Shown here: positions 19,414 through 29,021 of the stretch, one piece after another
How the letters are laid out: each line of letters opens with the position of its first letter
Numbering within the stretch: position 1 is the first letter of the stretch
DNA from: Myxococcales bacterium
Lineage (GTDB): Bacteria > Myxococcota_A > UBA9042 > JABWCM01 > BTVJ01
Length of the DNA: 64,000 bases
Assembly: GCA_045863395.1 (NCBI GenBank)
Contig: BTVJ01000006.1
Coordinates: 64,001 to 128,000, forward strand
Direction: 5' to 3'
Notes under the pieces: model-generated
The model's input: only the letters and a program-made list of their open reading frames with translations
What the model was told of the DNA's origin: nothing
The model's database searches: none
Position numbers and translations under genes: made by a program

Positions 19414-20067
19414 ATGAAGTCTCGTAGAATCGCCCTGCTCACCCTGGCCTTCGGACTCGTGGGCTCCGCCCCCGCGGCTGCTCTCGACAACCTGTGCGAT
19501 CTGGACCTGGACGGCCAGGTGACCGCGTCCGACCTTCAGATCGTGCAGGGGGCCTGGAGCGGTCACGGCGCCTGCCCCGGTGACTGCGACGTCACCATGG
19601 ACGGGGCGTTCTCCGTGGCGGACGTCGAGGCCGTCGCGAAGCACCTGCTCGGCATCGAGGCCTGCCCCCTGACGCAGCAGTCCGCGGTGACCGCGGTGAC
19701 CGCGCTGATCGGCACCAAGGCCCTGGTGTACGTGCGGGACGCCAGCGGGCTGAACTACTACTTCGTGACGAAGGTCGTGGCCGCCGCGCCGGCGTCGCTG
19801 CCCCACGGTCGTGCGGTGGGCCTGGACGTCACGGGCGACGACCGGCCGGACACGATGGCGTCGCTGCCCCTGGCGATGAAAGAGCCCGTCCCCGTGACCA
19901 TCCCAGGGCAGCCGCCGGCCGTGATCATCGCGTTCACCCACGGCGAGGTGCTCGCGTGGAAGCGCTCCATGCAGTCGGCGAAGGCGCCGCCGCGGATCCT
20001 CGTGGACCTGGACGAGGATGGCATCACCGACGCGAGCCTGGTCACGGTCGGCGCCTGGGGCTGGTAG
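19414..20067 (+). CDS. Secreted protein with N-terminal dockerin-like duplicated Ca-binding motif
   Basis: GGAGG RBS; signal peptide; CDLDLDGQVTASDLQIV and CDVTMDGAFSVADVEAV repeats. Confidence 0.65.
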   Translation: MKSRRIALLTLAFGLVGSAPAAALDNLCDLDLDGQVTASDLQIVQGAWSGHGACPGDCDVTMDGAFSVADVEAVAKHLLGIEACPLTQQSAVTAVTALIGTKALVYVRDASGLNYYFVTKVVAAAPASLPHGRAVGLDVTGDDRPDTMASLPLAMKEPVPVTIPGQPPAVIIAFTHGEVLAWKRSMQSAKAPPRILVDLDEDGITDASLVTVGAWGW

Positions 20068-20089
20068 AGCACCTCCCCCCAAGCGTGAA

Positions 20090-21616
20090 TCAGTACGTAG
20101 CCTCAAGGGTGATCCACACCCAGTCGATGCGGTCGTCGCCGCGGAGCTTCGCCGCAGACTGGTCGGGGATGAGGAAGCTGTAGCCGACCTGGAGGCTGGC
20201 CCAGTCCCACGGGGTCCAGGTGGCCGTCAGGTCGAGCTCCTCTCCGAAGTGTGTGGTCTCGTCCGTCTCGGGCCGCCCGTCGCCCAGGCCGAAGCGGGTG
20301 CCGAAGGGAGTGACCAGCCACAAGGAGTACAGCTCCGCCTCCAGAGAGAAGTCATCCAGGAAGGTGACCCCGACGCGTGGGCCGAAGGCCATGAGGTTGC
20401 GCAGGGACACCTGCTCCAGCTTCCCGTAGTGGGTGTACTGGTTCGGGAACAGGGAGTCGAAGTCCACGTCCCGGTCGTCGGCCGGGTTGCCGTCACCCGA
20501 CGCCGTGGTGAACATCATGGACAGGTCGAAGGGGACCGGCCCCGTGCGGAGGCGGTAGCCCAGCTCGGCGGCGTACATCACGGCCAGCACGTCCACGGCG
20601 CGCCGTTGCCCGAACTGCACCGCCGCCTCCAGCTCGCCGAAGAGCCCGACCTCGAGGTCCATGGCCATGCGGGCCCCGACGGTGCCGACGGTCTCCTCGC
20701 TGTCCGCCGCGTTGTCGTTGGAGAGCAGCGTGTAGAGGTCGAAGGTGAACCCGTCGAGGGCGTCGGTGGTCATCCACAGCCCGTACAGGTCCCGGTCCCG
20801 GTCCAGCGGAGTCGCCCGCTCCGCCACCTTCGCCACGAAGGCGTCGAGGGCGATGACGCCCTCGCGGTGGTACGCGAGCCGCACCGCGTCGAAGGAGCGC
20901 GAGGCGATGGCGAAGTCGCTGGTGCCGATGAGCCGCCCACTCCCATAGGCCATCTCGAAGCGGCCAGCCTGGAAGCTCAGGCCGTCGGTGAGCAGGTCGT
21001 CGAAGCGCACGTACCCTTGGTGGAGTCCGAGGCCCTCGTCGTCGGCCATTGTGTCCTCCTCGCGACCCCAGCGCCGGACGTCCTGCACCTGCACGTAGAG
21101 CGACGCCGTCGGGATGGGGTGGAAGCGGAGCCCGGCACGGATCCGGTGGGCGAGGAAGGTCTCCTGATCGTCGAAGTCGCCGTCCAGGTCCCGCTGGTTG
21201 GCGATGGACTCGAAGTCGACCCGCACGGAGGCGTCCACCGCGAACATCCCCCCGAGCAGTCGCCGGGCGGCGAGGTCCTCCGCCGCTTTGGCTGCCTCCG
21301 CCTCCACTCTGGCCGCGTCCGCCGCGCGCGCCTCCTCGACGGCGACCAGACGGGCCCGCAGGGCTTCGTTCTCCTTCTCCATGGCGCTGAGCCGCTGGAG
21401 GTCGGCCTGCTGCTTCTTGCCCGCCGCCTCCAGCGCCTCGATGCGCGCCTTGAGGTCGTTCATCACCTTGAAGTTGCTCTCGATGGTCTCCTTGAGGAGG
21501 GTCATCTCCTCCTCGAAGACGGCGGCGAGGCCCGCGTTCATGCCGGAGCGCTGCTGTGCTGCAGCGGGGGAGAGGGTCGCAAGGGTCACGGCCAGGGCGA
21601 GAGTGAGACGGACCAT
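20090..21616 (-). CDS. Alginate-export (AlgE-like) outer-membrane beta-barrel with N-terminal coiled coil
   Basis: Signal peptide, heptad region, VQVQDVRRWG, LHQGY, GRFEMAYGSGRLIG, SFDAVR, ASGD; C-terminal aromatic (LEATY). Confidence 0.75.
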   Translation of the reverse strand: MVRLTLALAVTLATLSPAAAQQRSGMNAGLAAVFEEEMTLLKETIESNFKVMNDLKARIEALEAAGKKQQADLQRLSAMEKENEALRARLVAVEEARAADAARVEAEAAKAAEDLAARRLLGGMFAVDASVRVDFESIANQRDLDGDFDDQETFLAHRIRAGLRFHPIPTASLYVQVQDVRRWGREEDTMADDEGLGLHQGYVRFDDLLTDGLSFQAGRFEMAYGSGRLIGTSDFAIASRSFDAVRLAYHREGVIALDAFVAKVAERATPLDRDRDLYGLWMTTDALDGFTFDLYTLLSNDNAADSEETVGTVGARMAMDLEVGLFGELEAAVQFGQRRAVDVLAVMYAAELGYRLRTGPVPFDLSMMFTTASGDGNPADDRDVDFDSLFPNQYTHYGKLEQVSLRNLMAFGPRVGVTFLDDFSLEAELYSLWLVTPFGTRFGLGDGRPETDETTHFGEELDLTATWTPWDWASLQVGYSFLIPDQSAAKLRGDDRIDWVWITLEATY

Positions 21617-21787
21617 GGAAGCGCCTCCTGCGGTTTCGCGGCGACCGTAGCACAGGTTTCGGCGGTTGCCAAAGCGGCGCGGGGGAGAGGGGGAGCGGAG
21701 CGGCGGGCGGCGTCTGCGGAGGACGGCGACCCCCGTTGGCGCCCGGGCGCGACCGTGGTAGCCTTGCTCACCCCAGGAGGTCTCGAC

Positions 21788-22945
21788 ATGACGCAGCCGA
21801 CGGTCGCCATCCTCTCAGAGCCGGGTTCCGAGAGCCACGAGCTGGCGCGCGCGGTGGAGTCCGCGCTCAGCGCCGCCGGCGCGGAGCTGGCGGTCCGCCA
21901 CCAGGCGGGCGGTCTCCGCGACATGTTCGGGGCGGCGACCGCGCCGCCCGACTGCATCGTCGCCATCGATCCAGGTGGCCTGGTGGGCATGCAGCCAGGG
22001 GTCGCCCGCGGCCAGACCCTGGTGGTGGCGGTGGTGCCGGACCTGGTGGTCCCCTCGGCCTGGGAGCGAGTGCCCGCCCCGCACGCGGCGCTGGTCGCCC
22101 ACAAGGACCTCGTGCGCCCCTTCGCAGCCCTGGGCGTGCCGGAGGCGGCGGTGGTGGCGACCGGGGTACCCGTGCCCCCCACCCACGCGCCTGTCTCGGA
22201 CGTCGCCTCCGAGCGCGCCGCGCTCCAGGTGGGGTCGAGCCGCGTCGTCTTCGTCGCCGGGCGGGGCCTCGGGGTCGGGCGCATCGACCGGCTGCTGGTG
22301 CAGCTCGGGATCCTCGCGCCGGACCTGGAGCTCTTCGTCGACGTCGAGGACGGGGACGTCGGCATCCTCGCGCAGCGCATGAAGCTGCTCGGCGTTCGCG
22401 CGCGGCGGCTGCGCGACGTCGGCATGACCGGCAGGATCACGTCCATCGCGGACGTCGTGGTCGGCGCGCCGTCGCCCCTTCAGGTGCTGGCGGCGCTGGC
22501 CGCGGGGCGCCCGGTCCTGGTCGCGGAGCCGCGAGGCGCCGAAGAGATCGGGCGCGCTGCGTTCCTGGAGGCCCACGGCGCCGGTGGGGCGCTCGTCGGG
22601 TCCGCTGTGGCGACCGCCCGCCTGCGTGCCCTGTTCGAGGACCCGGGGGCCCGCGAGCGGGCGAGCACCGCCGCCAGGCGCCTGGTCGTCCCGGACGCGG
22701 GGCGCAACGTGGCCCTCGCGCTGGACGGGCTGATCCGCAACCGCCAGCGCCTGATCGGCTACGCCAAGGAGGCGGGGAAGGTCCGGGCCCGCGTGGAGGA
22801 GGCGGTGCCCGGGGGCCTCGAGGACATCGGCGCCGCGGCGGAGGAGGTGACGGCGGCACGGGACCGCGCCGTCGACCGGGCGATCCGCGAGCTGAACGTC
22901 GACCGGGAGCTCCAGGAGCTCAAGCGGCGGCTGACCCAGGAGTGA
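21788..22945 (+). CDS. Divergent MGDG synthase/GT28-like glycosyltransferase
   Basis: AGGAGG RBS; VVPDLVVPSAW, GVPEAAVVATGVPV, ALAAGRPVL, E...AAFL...GAG resemble the UgtP/MGDG synthase GT-B fold. Confidence 0.55.
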   Translation: MTQPTVAILSEPGSESHELARAVESALSAAGAELAVRHQAGGLRDMFGAATAPPDCIVAIDPGGLVGMQPGVARGQTLVVAVVPDLVVPSAWERVPAPHAALVAHKDLVRPFAALGVPEAAVVATGVPVPPTHAPVSDVASERAALQVGSSRVVFVAGRGLGVGRIDRLLVQLGILAPDLELFVDVEDGDVGILAQRMKLLGVRARRLRDVGMTGRITSIADVVVGAPSPLQVLAALAAGRPVLVAEPRGAEEIGRAAFLEAHGAGGALVGSAVATARLRALFEDPGARERASTAARRLVVPDAGRNVALALDGLIRNRQRLIGYAKEAGKVRARVEEAVPGGLEDIGAAAEEVTAARDRAVDRAIRELNVDRELQELKRRLTQE

Positions 22946-24032
22946 CGCGCGAGCGCCACCAGATCGCCGCGAGCCCGCCGACCGCCGCCCCGCCCAGGTG
23001 GGCGACGGCGGACACGTTGGAGCAGCCCCGGACCTGCGCCCAGGCCCCCAGGAGCTGGAGCACCACCCAGACCAGGAACATCACCCACGCGCGGGTGCGC
23101 AGCCAGACTCCCCGCAGTCGGTAGCGGATGTACCACCCGAGCCGCGCCCGCGGGAAGGCCACCGCGTAGAAGGCCAGGAGGCCGCTGATGGCGCCGCTCG
23201 CGCCCACGACGGGGACGTCGGAGCGCGGGTCCAGGGCGACGTGGGCGAGCCCGCCGGCCAGCCCTGCCACGACGAAGAGCGCGAGCCACCGGGCCTGGCC
23301 GAGGGCGTCCTCCACGTTGTCGCCGAACACCAGCAGGAAGTAGAGGTTGCCGAGCAGGTGGATCACCCCCGCGTGGAGCGCCACGGAGGTCAGGAAGGTC
23401 AGGCCGCCGTGGCGGAGCGGGGTCGCGGGCACCAGCCCCCAGGAGGCGATGGCGTCCGGGTCCGCGAAGGCCGCCACCGCGAGCAGCGCAATGAGGATGG
23501 AGACTCCCCACGTGACGGTGGGGTGGGCAGCGAAGACCTGCTCGTCCAGCTCGCCCGGGAGGCCGAACCAGGCGGCGGCGGTCTGGACGGCTCCTGGGGT
23601 GGACGCGGCCGCATCCACGAGGCGCTCGGTCTGCTCCCGCGCGCGGGTCGCGTGCAGGCGGGCGAGCAGGGCGCGCGCCTCCATGGGGAGCTCTGGCTCC
23701 CGGGGAGCCGCGGGAGGCGGGGCGATTGCGGACAGCCGCTCGACCTCCCCGCCGTCGAACCACACGTGCTGGCACGGGCGGCACACGTCGAGCCACAGCG
23801 GCGTGTCGGCGAGCGCGACCAGGGACATGGGCCGTGCGCAGGTGGGGCAGGGCGCGCCGGTCTGGGGCGAGCCCTGCGCGTCGCGCCAGAGGGCAGCGAC
23901 GCGGTGGGGATCGGCGGATCGCCGGAGCGCGGCCAGGGGCATCACACGCCCGCCGCATCGAGGGCAGGCGACGCTTCGCCCGCGGGCGACCGTGACCCGG
24001 AGCGTGGTGTTGCAGGAGGGGCAGGCGCTCAT
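22920..24032 (-). CDS. Rhomboid intramembrane serine protease with two N-terminal zinc-ribbon domains
   Basis: Four CxxC pairs; HAGVIHLLGN, GASGAI (catalytic Ser), AHLGG (catalytic His). Confidence 0.9.
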   Translation of the reverse strand: MSACPSCNTTLRVTVARGRSVACPRCGGRVMPLAALRRSADPHRVAALWRDAQGSPQTGAPCPTCARPMSLVALADTPLWLDVCRPCQHVWFDGGEVERLSAIAPPPAAPREPELPMEARALLARLHATRAREQTERLVDAAASTPGAVQTAAAWFGLPGELDEQVFAAHPTVTWGVSILIALLAVAAFADPDAIASWGLVPATPLRHGGLTFLTSVALHAGVIHLLGNLYFLLVFGDNVEDALGQARWLALFVVAGLAGGLAHVALDPRSDVPVVGASGAISGLLAFYAVAFPRARLGWYIRYRLRGVWLRTRAWVMFLVWVVLQLLGAWAQVRGCSNVSAVAHLGGAAVGGLAAIWWRSRVTPGSAAA

Positions 24033-24138
24033 GCCGCAGATTCTGAGCCGTCACAATTTGCGATGCAATCGCTGCGGCGAGCCGCTACCATGGCGCGCAC
24101 TCGCGAGTCACAACCAGACACGACCATAGGGAGAGACC

Positions 24139-25854
24139 ATGGGAGCGAAGATTCACGGGGGGCGCCTGGTCGCCCGGGCGCTGGCCGCGGAGGGGGTCGA
24201 GTGCCTGTTCACGCTGTGTGGCGGGCACATCCAGTCCATCTACGACGGGTGCCTCGACGAGGGGATCCGGGTCGTCGACGTGCGCCACGAGCAGACCGCG
24301 GCCCACGCGGCGGACGGCTGGGCGAGGGCGACGGGGCGGCCGGGCGTCTGCGCCGTCACTGCGGGCCCCGGCGTCACGGATGCCGTCACCGGGCTCGCCA
24401 ACGCGTACCGCGCCAACGTGCCGCTCGTGATCTTCGGCGGCGCGGGCCCCCGCGTGTTCCGTGACATGGGCTCCCTCCAGGACATGAACCACCTGGAGCT
24501 GGTGCGGCCGGTGGTGAAGTGGGCCGCGTCCGTCGACGAGACGCGGCGGCTGGCGGAGTACGTGTCCATCGCTTTCCGCAAGGCGACGACGGGCGTGCCG
24601 GGCCCGGTGTACCTGGAGGTCCCCCTCGACGTGCTCATGGAGTTCGTGGACCCCGAGAAGGTGCCCATGCCCCGCAACTACCGCACCGAGGCCCGCCCGG
24701 CCCCGGACCCGGTCTACCTGGAGCGGGCGGTGAAGCTGCTCTCTGAGGCGGAGCGCCCCATGGCCATCGTCGGGTCCCAGCTCCGGTGGTCGCGCGAGCC
24801 CATCGCGACGCTGACCCGGTTCCTGGACACGACGGGCATCCCGACCTTCGTCAACGGCATGGCCCGCGGCATGGTGGATCCGGACGGCCCGCACTTCCTG
24901 AACCGCTCCCGCAAGGCCGCCCTGAAGAGCGCCGACGTGGTCGCCATCTTCGGCACGCCCTTCGACTTCCGGCTGAGCTACGGCCAGTCGACGGGGATCC
25001 ACCCGGGGACTCAGTCGGGGGGCTCCGGCAGCGTCATGCTCCAGCTCGCGAGCCCCGTCATCAACAAGAGCGCGAAGATCATCCAGGTCGACCTGGATCC
25101 GGACGAGATCGGCCGAAACCGCGTCGAGGGCGTCGAGGTGGGCTTCGTGGGGGACACGGGGCTCACGCTGGCGGCCCTGGCCGACGGGCTCCCGGGGAAG
25201 GCTGGGGCGTTGGTGGACTGGAACGCGAAGCTCCGCGCCGACGAGCAGAAGGCGTGGGACAAGATGCTCGTCCAGATGGCCGCCGAGGGCGATCCGCCGA
25301 ACCCCCTGCGGGTGTGCGCGGAGGTGGGGCGGTTCCTGTCGCCGGGGGACGTGGTCGTGGGGGATGGCGGCGACTTCGTGGCGACGGCGGCGTACACCAT
25401 GAAGGTCTTCGGGGTGGGCACCTGGATGGACCCGGGGCCGCTCGGCACCCTGGGGGTCGGCCCCGGCTACGCCATGGCTGCCAAGCTGGCGCGCCCGCAG
25501 GCGAAGGTCGTGCTGATGTACGGGGACGGCTCCTTCGGGTTGCACGCCATGGAGTTCGAGGCCATGGCGCGCCAGGGGATCCCGGTGGTCGCCGTCATCG
25601 GCAACGACGCGGGCTGGACCCAGATCCTGCGCGGCCAGCGCGACATCTACGGCGAGGCGCGGGTCGTCGCCACCCGCCTCGACTACACACGCTACGAGAA
25701 GATCGTCGAGGCGTGCGGCGGCCACGGCGAGTGGGTCGAGACCTGCGCGGACCTGCGCCCGGCCCTGGAGAGGGCCTTCGCGTCGGGCAAGCCCGCGTGC
25801 GTCAACGTGAAGATCGGTTCGAGCGACTTCCGCAAGGGCTCGATCAGCGTGTGA
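24139..25854 (+). CDS. Thiamine-pyrophosphate enzyme (acetolactate synthase-like / 2-hydroxyacyl-CoA lyase-like)
   Basis: FTLCGGHI, VRHEQTAAHAADG, TAGPGVTD, WMDPGPLGTLGVG, GDGSFG...GND TPP motif. Confidence 0.88.
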   Translation: MGAKIHGGRLVARALAAEGVECLFTLCGGHIQSIYDGCLDEGIRVVDVRHEQTAAHAADGWARATGRPGVCAVTAGPGVTDAVTGLANAYRANVPLVIFGGAGPRVFRDMGSLQDMNHLELVRPVVKWAASVDETRRLAEYVSIAFRKATTGVPGPVYLEVPLDVLMEFVDPEKVPMPRNYRTEARPAPDPVYLERAVKLLSEAERPMAIVGSQLRWSREPIATLTRFLDTTGIPTFVNGMARGMVDPDGPHFLNRSRKAALKSADVVAIFGTPFDFRLSYGQSTGIHPGTQSGGSGSVMLQLASPVINKSAKIIQVDLDPDEIGRNRVEGVEVGFVGDTGLTLAALADGLPGKAGALVDWNAKLRADEQKAWDKMLVQMAAEGDPPNPLRVCAEVGRFLSPGDVVVGDGGDFVATAAYTMKVFGVGTWMDPGPLGTLGVGPGYAMAAKLARPQAKVVLMYGDGSFGLHAMEFEAMARQGIPVVAVIGNDAGWTQILRGQRDIYGEARVVATRLDYTRYEKIVEACGGHGEWVETCADLRPALERAFASGKPACVNVKIGSSDFRKGSISV

Positions 25855-25884
25855 CGTGCATCGGAGGGACGACCGTCTCGCCCG

Positions 25885-27168
25885 TCAGGCTGCGAGCCGC
25901 CGGTCGTGCGCCCGCTGCTTGAAGTGCTGGCCGATGAGCATGAACAGGGTGGCGAAGGCCGCGGGCGCCACGACCCAGAGTGACCAGGGCAGCACTCCGG
26001 CGATGGCGGCCAGAAGGAACATCATCACGAAGGCGTCCTTGCGGAAGAGGGTCTTGAAGAAGCCGAGCGTGCGGTGGAGCCACGTCGCGGCCTCCCTCTC
26101 TTCTTGCGTGAGGGTCTCCGTCTGGAAGGTCCACTGGAAGGCGAGGATGTCGCCGCGCCCGTTCTGGATGCACCACCTGTAGTAGTAGGCGGTCACGAGG
26201 CCCATGGGCACCGCCGTCGCGGCCCCCAAAGCGAGCCACGAGGCGTCGCCCGTCATGCGCCAGGCGCCGATGGCGACGCCGATGAAGAAGGCCTGGTTGG
26301 AGAGATCGTCGCTGATCGTGTCCAGCCACTCGCCGAGCACGCTCGCCTGGATGCGCATGCGCGCCAGCTCCCCGTCCACGCCGTCGAGGATCGAGTTCGC
26401 CTTGAGGAGCGCCGCCGCGATCAGGAACGGCCAGTACCCCCCCATGGCCGCGATCACGCCGCCCGCCAGCCCCAGCGCCAGGTTCAGGAAGCTGATGTGG
26501 TTCGGGTCGATGCCGGTGTGCGCGATGCGGCGGCTGATGAAGAGGCTGACGTGGCGGTTCAGGTTGCGGCTGACGAAGCCGTCCAGGGGCTTGCGGCAGC
26601 CCTCCCAGAGCCGGTGGGCCGCGGCCTCCAGGGACGCCCGGTCCCGGATGCGCCCCGCCAGCTCCTTCGCGGGGAGCTCGCGCGCCGTGGGCGCCTCCGC
26701 CGCGTCGGGCCAGGTGGCCAGGAGCGCGCCCAGCGGTGCCCCGGGTCCGGCAGCAATCAGCGTGGCGGGGCGGCCCTCCACCGTGGTCACGACAAGCTCC
26801 CCGGGGCGCGGCGTGAGCGACAGGGTCCGCGCCGTGGCGCCGCGCTCGAAGACGTCCCAGACCGACGTGGCGAGAAACGGAGCGTCCTGGGCAGCGCACC
26901 AGCGCTGAATCGCCCCAGGTGCCTCTGATGGGTCGGAGACCGTGAGCCATCGCACCGGCGCGGGGGCGAGGCGCCCCGCCAGCGACGCGGCCAGCGCACC
27001 TTGCGCCGCGGCGGCGCACACGATGGTGACCTCGCGGGCGCCGACCGCCTGGGCGAGGCGTGTCTGCCGCTTGAGGAGCGGCACGCCCCCGACCGGGGTC
27101 TCGAGCAGGCTGGTGTCGCCGGGGGCTGAACCAGGGAGGGGCAGGGCGAGCAGCAGGGCGCGGTCCAT
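25885..27168 (-). CDS. CDP-alcohol phosphatidyltransferase with degenerate N-terminal nucleotidyltransferase-like domain
   Basis: DGFVSRNLNR, PNHIS, DGVDGELAR-x8-GEWLDTISD signature; N-terminal VGGVPLLKR segment lacks the GxGxR motif. Confidence 0.85.
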   Translation of the reverse strand: MDRALLLALPLPGSAPGDTSLLETPVGGVPLLKRQTRLAQAVGAREVTIVCAAAAQGALAASLAGRLAPAPVRWLTVSDPSEAPGAIQRWCAAQDAPFLATSVWDVFERGATARTLSLTPRPGELVVTTVEGRPATLIAAGPGAPLGALLATWPDAAEAPTARELPAKELAGRIRDRASLEAAAHRLWEGCRKPLDGFVSRNLNRHVSLFISRRIAHTGIDPNHISFLNLALGLAGGVIAAMGGYWPFLIAAALLKANSILDGVDGELARMRIQASVLGEWLDTISDDLSNQAFFIGVAIGAWRMTGDASWLALGAATAVPMGLVTAYYYRWCIQNGRGDILAFQWTFQTETLTQEEREAATWLHRTLGFFKTLFRKDAFVMMFLLAAIAGVLPWSLWVVAPAAFATLFMLIGQHFKQRAHDRRLAA

Positions 27169-27295
27169 GGGGCGAGCATACTGGGCGTCGCTCCCGCAAG
27201 AGTCAATGAATCACCCTTGTTTGGGACCTTGAGCGTGGTGTAGCGTGCGCCGCGGCTCGGAGGCGGGCCACTCTCTGCGCGGAGGTCCCACGGAC

Positions 27296-28033
27296 ATGCG
27301 GCCGGACGTGAAGGCGGTCATCCTGGTGGCGGGCATCGGCAGCCGGCTTCGGCCGCACACCGACGACCGGCCGAAGTGCCTGGTGGAGCTCGGGGGAGAG
27401 CCGTTGCTCGGGCGGCTGCTGCGGCAGGTGGGGGCCGCCGGATGCTCCGAGGCGGTGCTGATCACGGGACACATGGACGAGGCCATCGACGCGTGGCTCA
27501 GCCGCACGCCGCTGCCGCTCCCCGTCGCCACGGTCTACAACGCCGAGTACGCGACGCTCGGTAACGCCCACTCCCTGCTCATGGCGCAGGGGGCCGTGCG
27601 CGGCCCGTTCGTGAAGCTCGACGGCGACCTGGTGATGAGCGATGGCCTGCTGGAGCGGCTCGTGGGTGCCTCCGGCTCCGCGATCCTCCTCGACCGGACC
27701 GTCGAGCTGGCGGACGAGGAGATGAAGGCCGAGGTGCGCGACGGCCGCGTCGTCGCCATGGGCAAGTGGCTCGACCCCTCCACGGCGACGGGGGAGTCCA
27801 TCGGGGCCGAGCTGATCGCTGGCGAGGACGCGGAGCGCCTGTTCCGGGCGCTGCGGCGGGTCGTCCACGAGGAGGGGCGTGGCGGCGTCTACTACGAGGA
27901 CGTCTACCACGAGCTGGTGCAGCAGGGGTGGGAGCTGGGCGCAGTGGACACGGCCGGGCTGCCGTGGACGGAGATCGACACGCCGGAGGATCTGGCGCGG
28001 GCCACGGCGATGCTGAGCGGGCGGGGGGCGTGA
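27296..28033 (+). CDS. Phosphocholine-cytidylyltransferase-family (LicC/IPCT-like) NTP transferase
   Basis: GGAGG RBS; ILVAGIGSRL..PKCL, LDGD, GESIG, YYED, WTEIDTPEDL. Confidence 0.88.
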   Translation: MRPDVKAVILVAGIGSRLRPHTDDRPKCLVELGGEPLLGRLLRQVGAAGCSEAVLITGHMDEAIDAWLSRTPLPLPVATVYNAEYATLGNAHSLLMAQGAVRGPFVKLDGDLVMSDGLLERLVGASGSAILLDRTVELADEEMKAEVRDGRVVAMGKWLDPSTATGESIGAELIAGEDAERLFRALRRVVHEEGRGGVYYEDVYHELVQQGWELGAVDTAGLPWTEIDTPEDLARATAMLSGRGA

Positions 28034-28034
28034 C

Positions 28035-28979
28035 GTGGCCGAGACCAAGGAGATGTTCAAGCCCAAGGACGTCGAAGAGCTGATCGACTGGTACTTCCAC
28101 CGCCCCTTGGCGGCGCACCTGGTCCGGGTGGTGGAGCCGACGCCGCTGACCCCGAACCAGCTCACGGTGCTGGCGCTGATCTTCGGGTCAGCCTCGGGCT
28201 TCGCCTTCTACGCGGGGGGCACGAACAACGCCTGGGTGGTCGTTGGCGCCATCCTGTTGTTCTCCTCCATCATCTTCGACTGCGCCGACGGCCAGCTCGC
28301 GCGGGTGCGCGGCACGGCCAGCATGCTCGGGCGGGCGCTCGACGGCATCGCCGACTACTTCCCGACCATCAGCGCCTTCTATGGCCTCGCGTTCTTCATC
28401 CAGCAGCGCATGCCCGAGCTGGGGTGGTGGACCTGGATCCTCGGCTACTCGGCGGGCGCCAGCATGATCTGGCACTGCTTTCTCTACGACGGCATCAAGA
28501 ACGTCTACCTGCGCAACACCAAGCCCCCTGTGGACGGCATGTCCATGGGGTGGCTCGACATGGAGCGGGTCGAGGCGGAGTGGGCCGAGATCAAGCGCAG
28601 CGGTCGGATCCTGCTGTGGGCCATCTACTGGCTCTTCGTGGTGAACACCCGCGCCCAGCACAAGCACATCGCCAAGGAGCACGCCAAGGACGGACCGCTG
28701 ACGAGCAGCCCCGAGGAGCGGGAGATCTACCGCGACGCCTACTTGAGCTCCATGCGCCTGTGGTCCCACCTTGGCCTCGGGACCCACCTGTTCCTGCTGG
28801 TCACCGCGTCGCTGCTCGCAGCGATTCACCCTGGCGCGCCCCTGGTCATCTGGCTCATCATGATCGTGCCCATGAACGCGCTCACCCTGTGGCTGCTCGT
28901 CACGGCTCCCCGGCGTTACCGCCGGGTGCGGGCGACCATCCTGCAGAGAAGGGCTCTCGAGGCCGCGCGCGCAGCGTAG
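28035..28979 (+). CDS. CDP-alcohol phosphatidyltransferase
   Basis: TPNQLT, DCADGQLAR-x8-GRALDGIAD signature; multiple TMs; 1 nt after the NTP transferase stop. Confidence 0.9.
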   Translation: MAETKEMFKPKDVEELIDWYFHRPLAAHLVRVVEPTPLTPNQLTVLALIFGSASGFAFYAGGTNNAWVVVGAILLFSSIIFDCADGQLARVRGTASMLGRALDGIADYFPTISAFYGLAFFIQQRMPELGWWTWILGYSAGASMIWHCFLYDGIKNVYLRNTKPPVDGMSMGWLDMERVEAEWAEIKRSGRILLWAIYWLFVVNTRAQHKHIAKEHAKDGPLTSSPEEREIYRDAYLSSMRLWSHLGLGTHLFLLVTASLLAAIHPGAPLVIWLIMIVPMNALTLWLLVTAPRRYRRVRATILQRRALEAARAA

Positions 28980-29021
28980 GTCGGGGGTGAGCGCGGGGGC
29001 GTCGGTTCCGCCTGGTGCGCC

